Assembly (NCBI RefSeq): GCF_963921235.1 | Contig: NC_086097.1 | Span: forward strand, 558,001 to 622,000 | DNA from: Mobula hypostoma | Taxonomy: Eukaryota | DNA length: 64,000 nt | Direction: 5' to 3' | In this document: positions 62,565 to 64,000 of the stretch, in pieces | Layout of the letters: the number at the start of each line of letters is the position of its first letter | How positions within the stretch are numbered: position 1 is the stretch's first letter | Made by a program: the position numbers and the translations under genes | The notes under the pieces: model-generated | Databases searched by the model: none | What the model saw: the letters and a program-made list of their open reading frames with translations, nothing else | What the model was told of the DNA's origin: nothing

Positions 62565-64000
62565 TTATGGGACCCAGAGTGATAGAGCAGTGAAAGAAGT
62601 GCATGGAGTAAAGCCAGATCTAACATACAGAGAGGCTTTGAGGAAAGAGAAGCAGAATAAGTTGTGTAAAGTCAGTAAGGTAGAAGGGCTGAAATGTGTG
62701 TACCTCAATGCAAGAAGCATCAGGAACAAAGGTGATGAACTGAGAGCTTGGATACATACATGGAATTATGATGTAGTGGCCATTACAGAGACTTGGCTGG
62801 CACCAGAGCAGGAATGGATTCTCAATATTCCTGGATTTCAGTGCTTTAAAAGGGATAGAGAGGGCAGAAAAAGGGAAGGAGGGGTGGCATTACTGGTCAG
62901 GGATACTATTACAGCTACAGAAAGGGTTGGTAATGGAGCAGGATCCTCTTTTGAGTCAATATGGGTGGAAGTCAGGAACAGGAAGGGAGCAGTTACTCTA
63001 CTGGGGGTTTTTTATAGGCCCCCGGGTAGCAGCAGAAATACAGAGGAGCAGATTGGGAACAGATTTTGGAAAGGTGCAAAAATAACAGGGTTGTTATCAT
63101 GAATAACTTTAACTTCCCTAATATTGATTAGCACCTGATTAGTTCCAAGGGTTTAGATGGGGCAGAATTTGTTAAGTGTGTCCAGGATGGATTCCTGTCA
63201 CAGTATGTGGACAGGCCGACCAGGGGGAATGCCATACTAGATCTAGTACTAGGTAATGAACCGGGTCAGGTCACAGATCTCTCAGTGGGTGAGCATCTGG
63301 GGGACAGTGACCAACGCTCCCTGGCCTTTAGCATTATCATGGAAAAGGATAGAGTCAAAGAGGACAGGAAAATTTTAATTGGGGAAAGACAAATTATGAG
63401 GCTATAAGGCTAGAACTTGCGGGTGTGAATTGGGATGATGTTTTTGCAGGGAAATGTACTATGGACATGTGGTCGATGTTTAGAGATCTCTTGCAGGATG
63501 TAAGGGATAAATTTGTCCCGGTGAGGAAGATAAAGAATGGTAGGGTGAAGGAACCATGGGTGACAAGTGAGGTGGAAAATCTAGTCCGGAAGAAGAAGGC
63601 AGTATACATGAGGTTTAGGAAGCAAGGATCAGATGGGTCTATTGAGGAATATAGGGAAGCAAGAAAGGAGCTTAAGAAGGGGCTGAGAAGAGCAAGAAGG
63701 GGGCATGAGAAGGCCTTGGCGAGTAAGGTAAAGGAAAACCCCAAGGCATTCTTCACTTATGTGAAGAAAAAAAGGATAACAGGAGTGAAGGTAGGATCAA
63801 TCAGAGATAAAGGTGGGAAGATGTGCCTAGAGGTTGTGGAAGTGAGCGAGGTTCTCAATGAATACTTCTCTTCGGTATTCACCAATGAGAGGGAACTTGA
63901 TGATGGTGAGGACAATATGAGTGAGGTTGATGTTCTGGAGCATGTTGATATTAGGGGAGAGGAGGAGTTGGAGTTGTTAAAATACATTAGGACAGATAAG
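62565..64000 (+). mobile_element. CR1 ORF2 5' part (APE domain), runs off the window
   Basis: ORF 62590..63102 is nearly identical to 31920..32300 (CVYLNARSI, VAITETW). Confidence 0.9.

Overview
This is vertebrate genomic DNA, not prokaryotic. The repeat complement suggests a cartilaginous fish, probably a ray or skate (inference). The only host gene found is an OSCA/TMEM63-family mechanosensitive channel, most like TMEM63C. Six internal coding exons lie on the minus strand (49922-49816, 41632-41546, 11724-11659, 10951-10789, 5356-5251, 1415-1248). They total 697 nt, all have GT-AG boundaries, and they splice into one open frame; the ORF track shows only two of them in frame. Nearly everything else is intronic transposon material: many CR1 LINEs, Rex1/Babar-like fragments, one full-length RTE LINE with TSDs, L1/Tx1-like LINEs, two Gypsy LTR elements (a non-autonomous one with a tRNA-Pro PBS, and a Gmr1-type one with PR-IN-RT order), two Penelope-like families carrying minimal hammerhead ribozyme motifs, Tigger/pogo DNA transposon relics, and 33-bp and 44-bp minisatellites. 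I found no convincing new multi-gene system. The best leads are a five-layer nested insertion, self-complementary hammerhead-bearing Penelope mini-inserts with a possible shared target motif, a possibly horizontally acquired RTE, and long inverted CR1 copies bracketing two exons. Family names come from recognising motifs, not from database searches. TE boundaries without TSDs are approximate.
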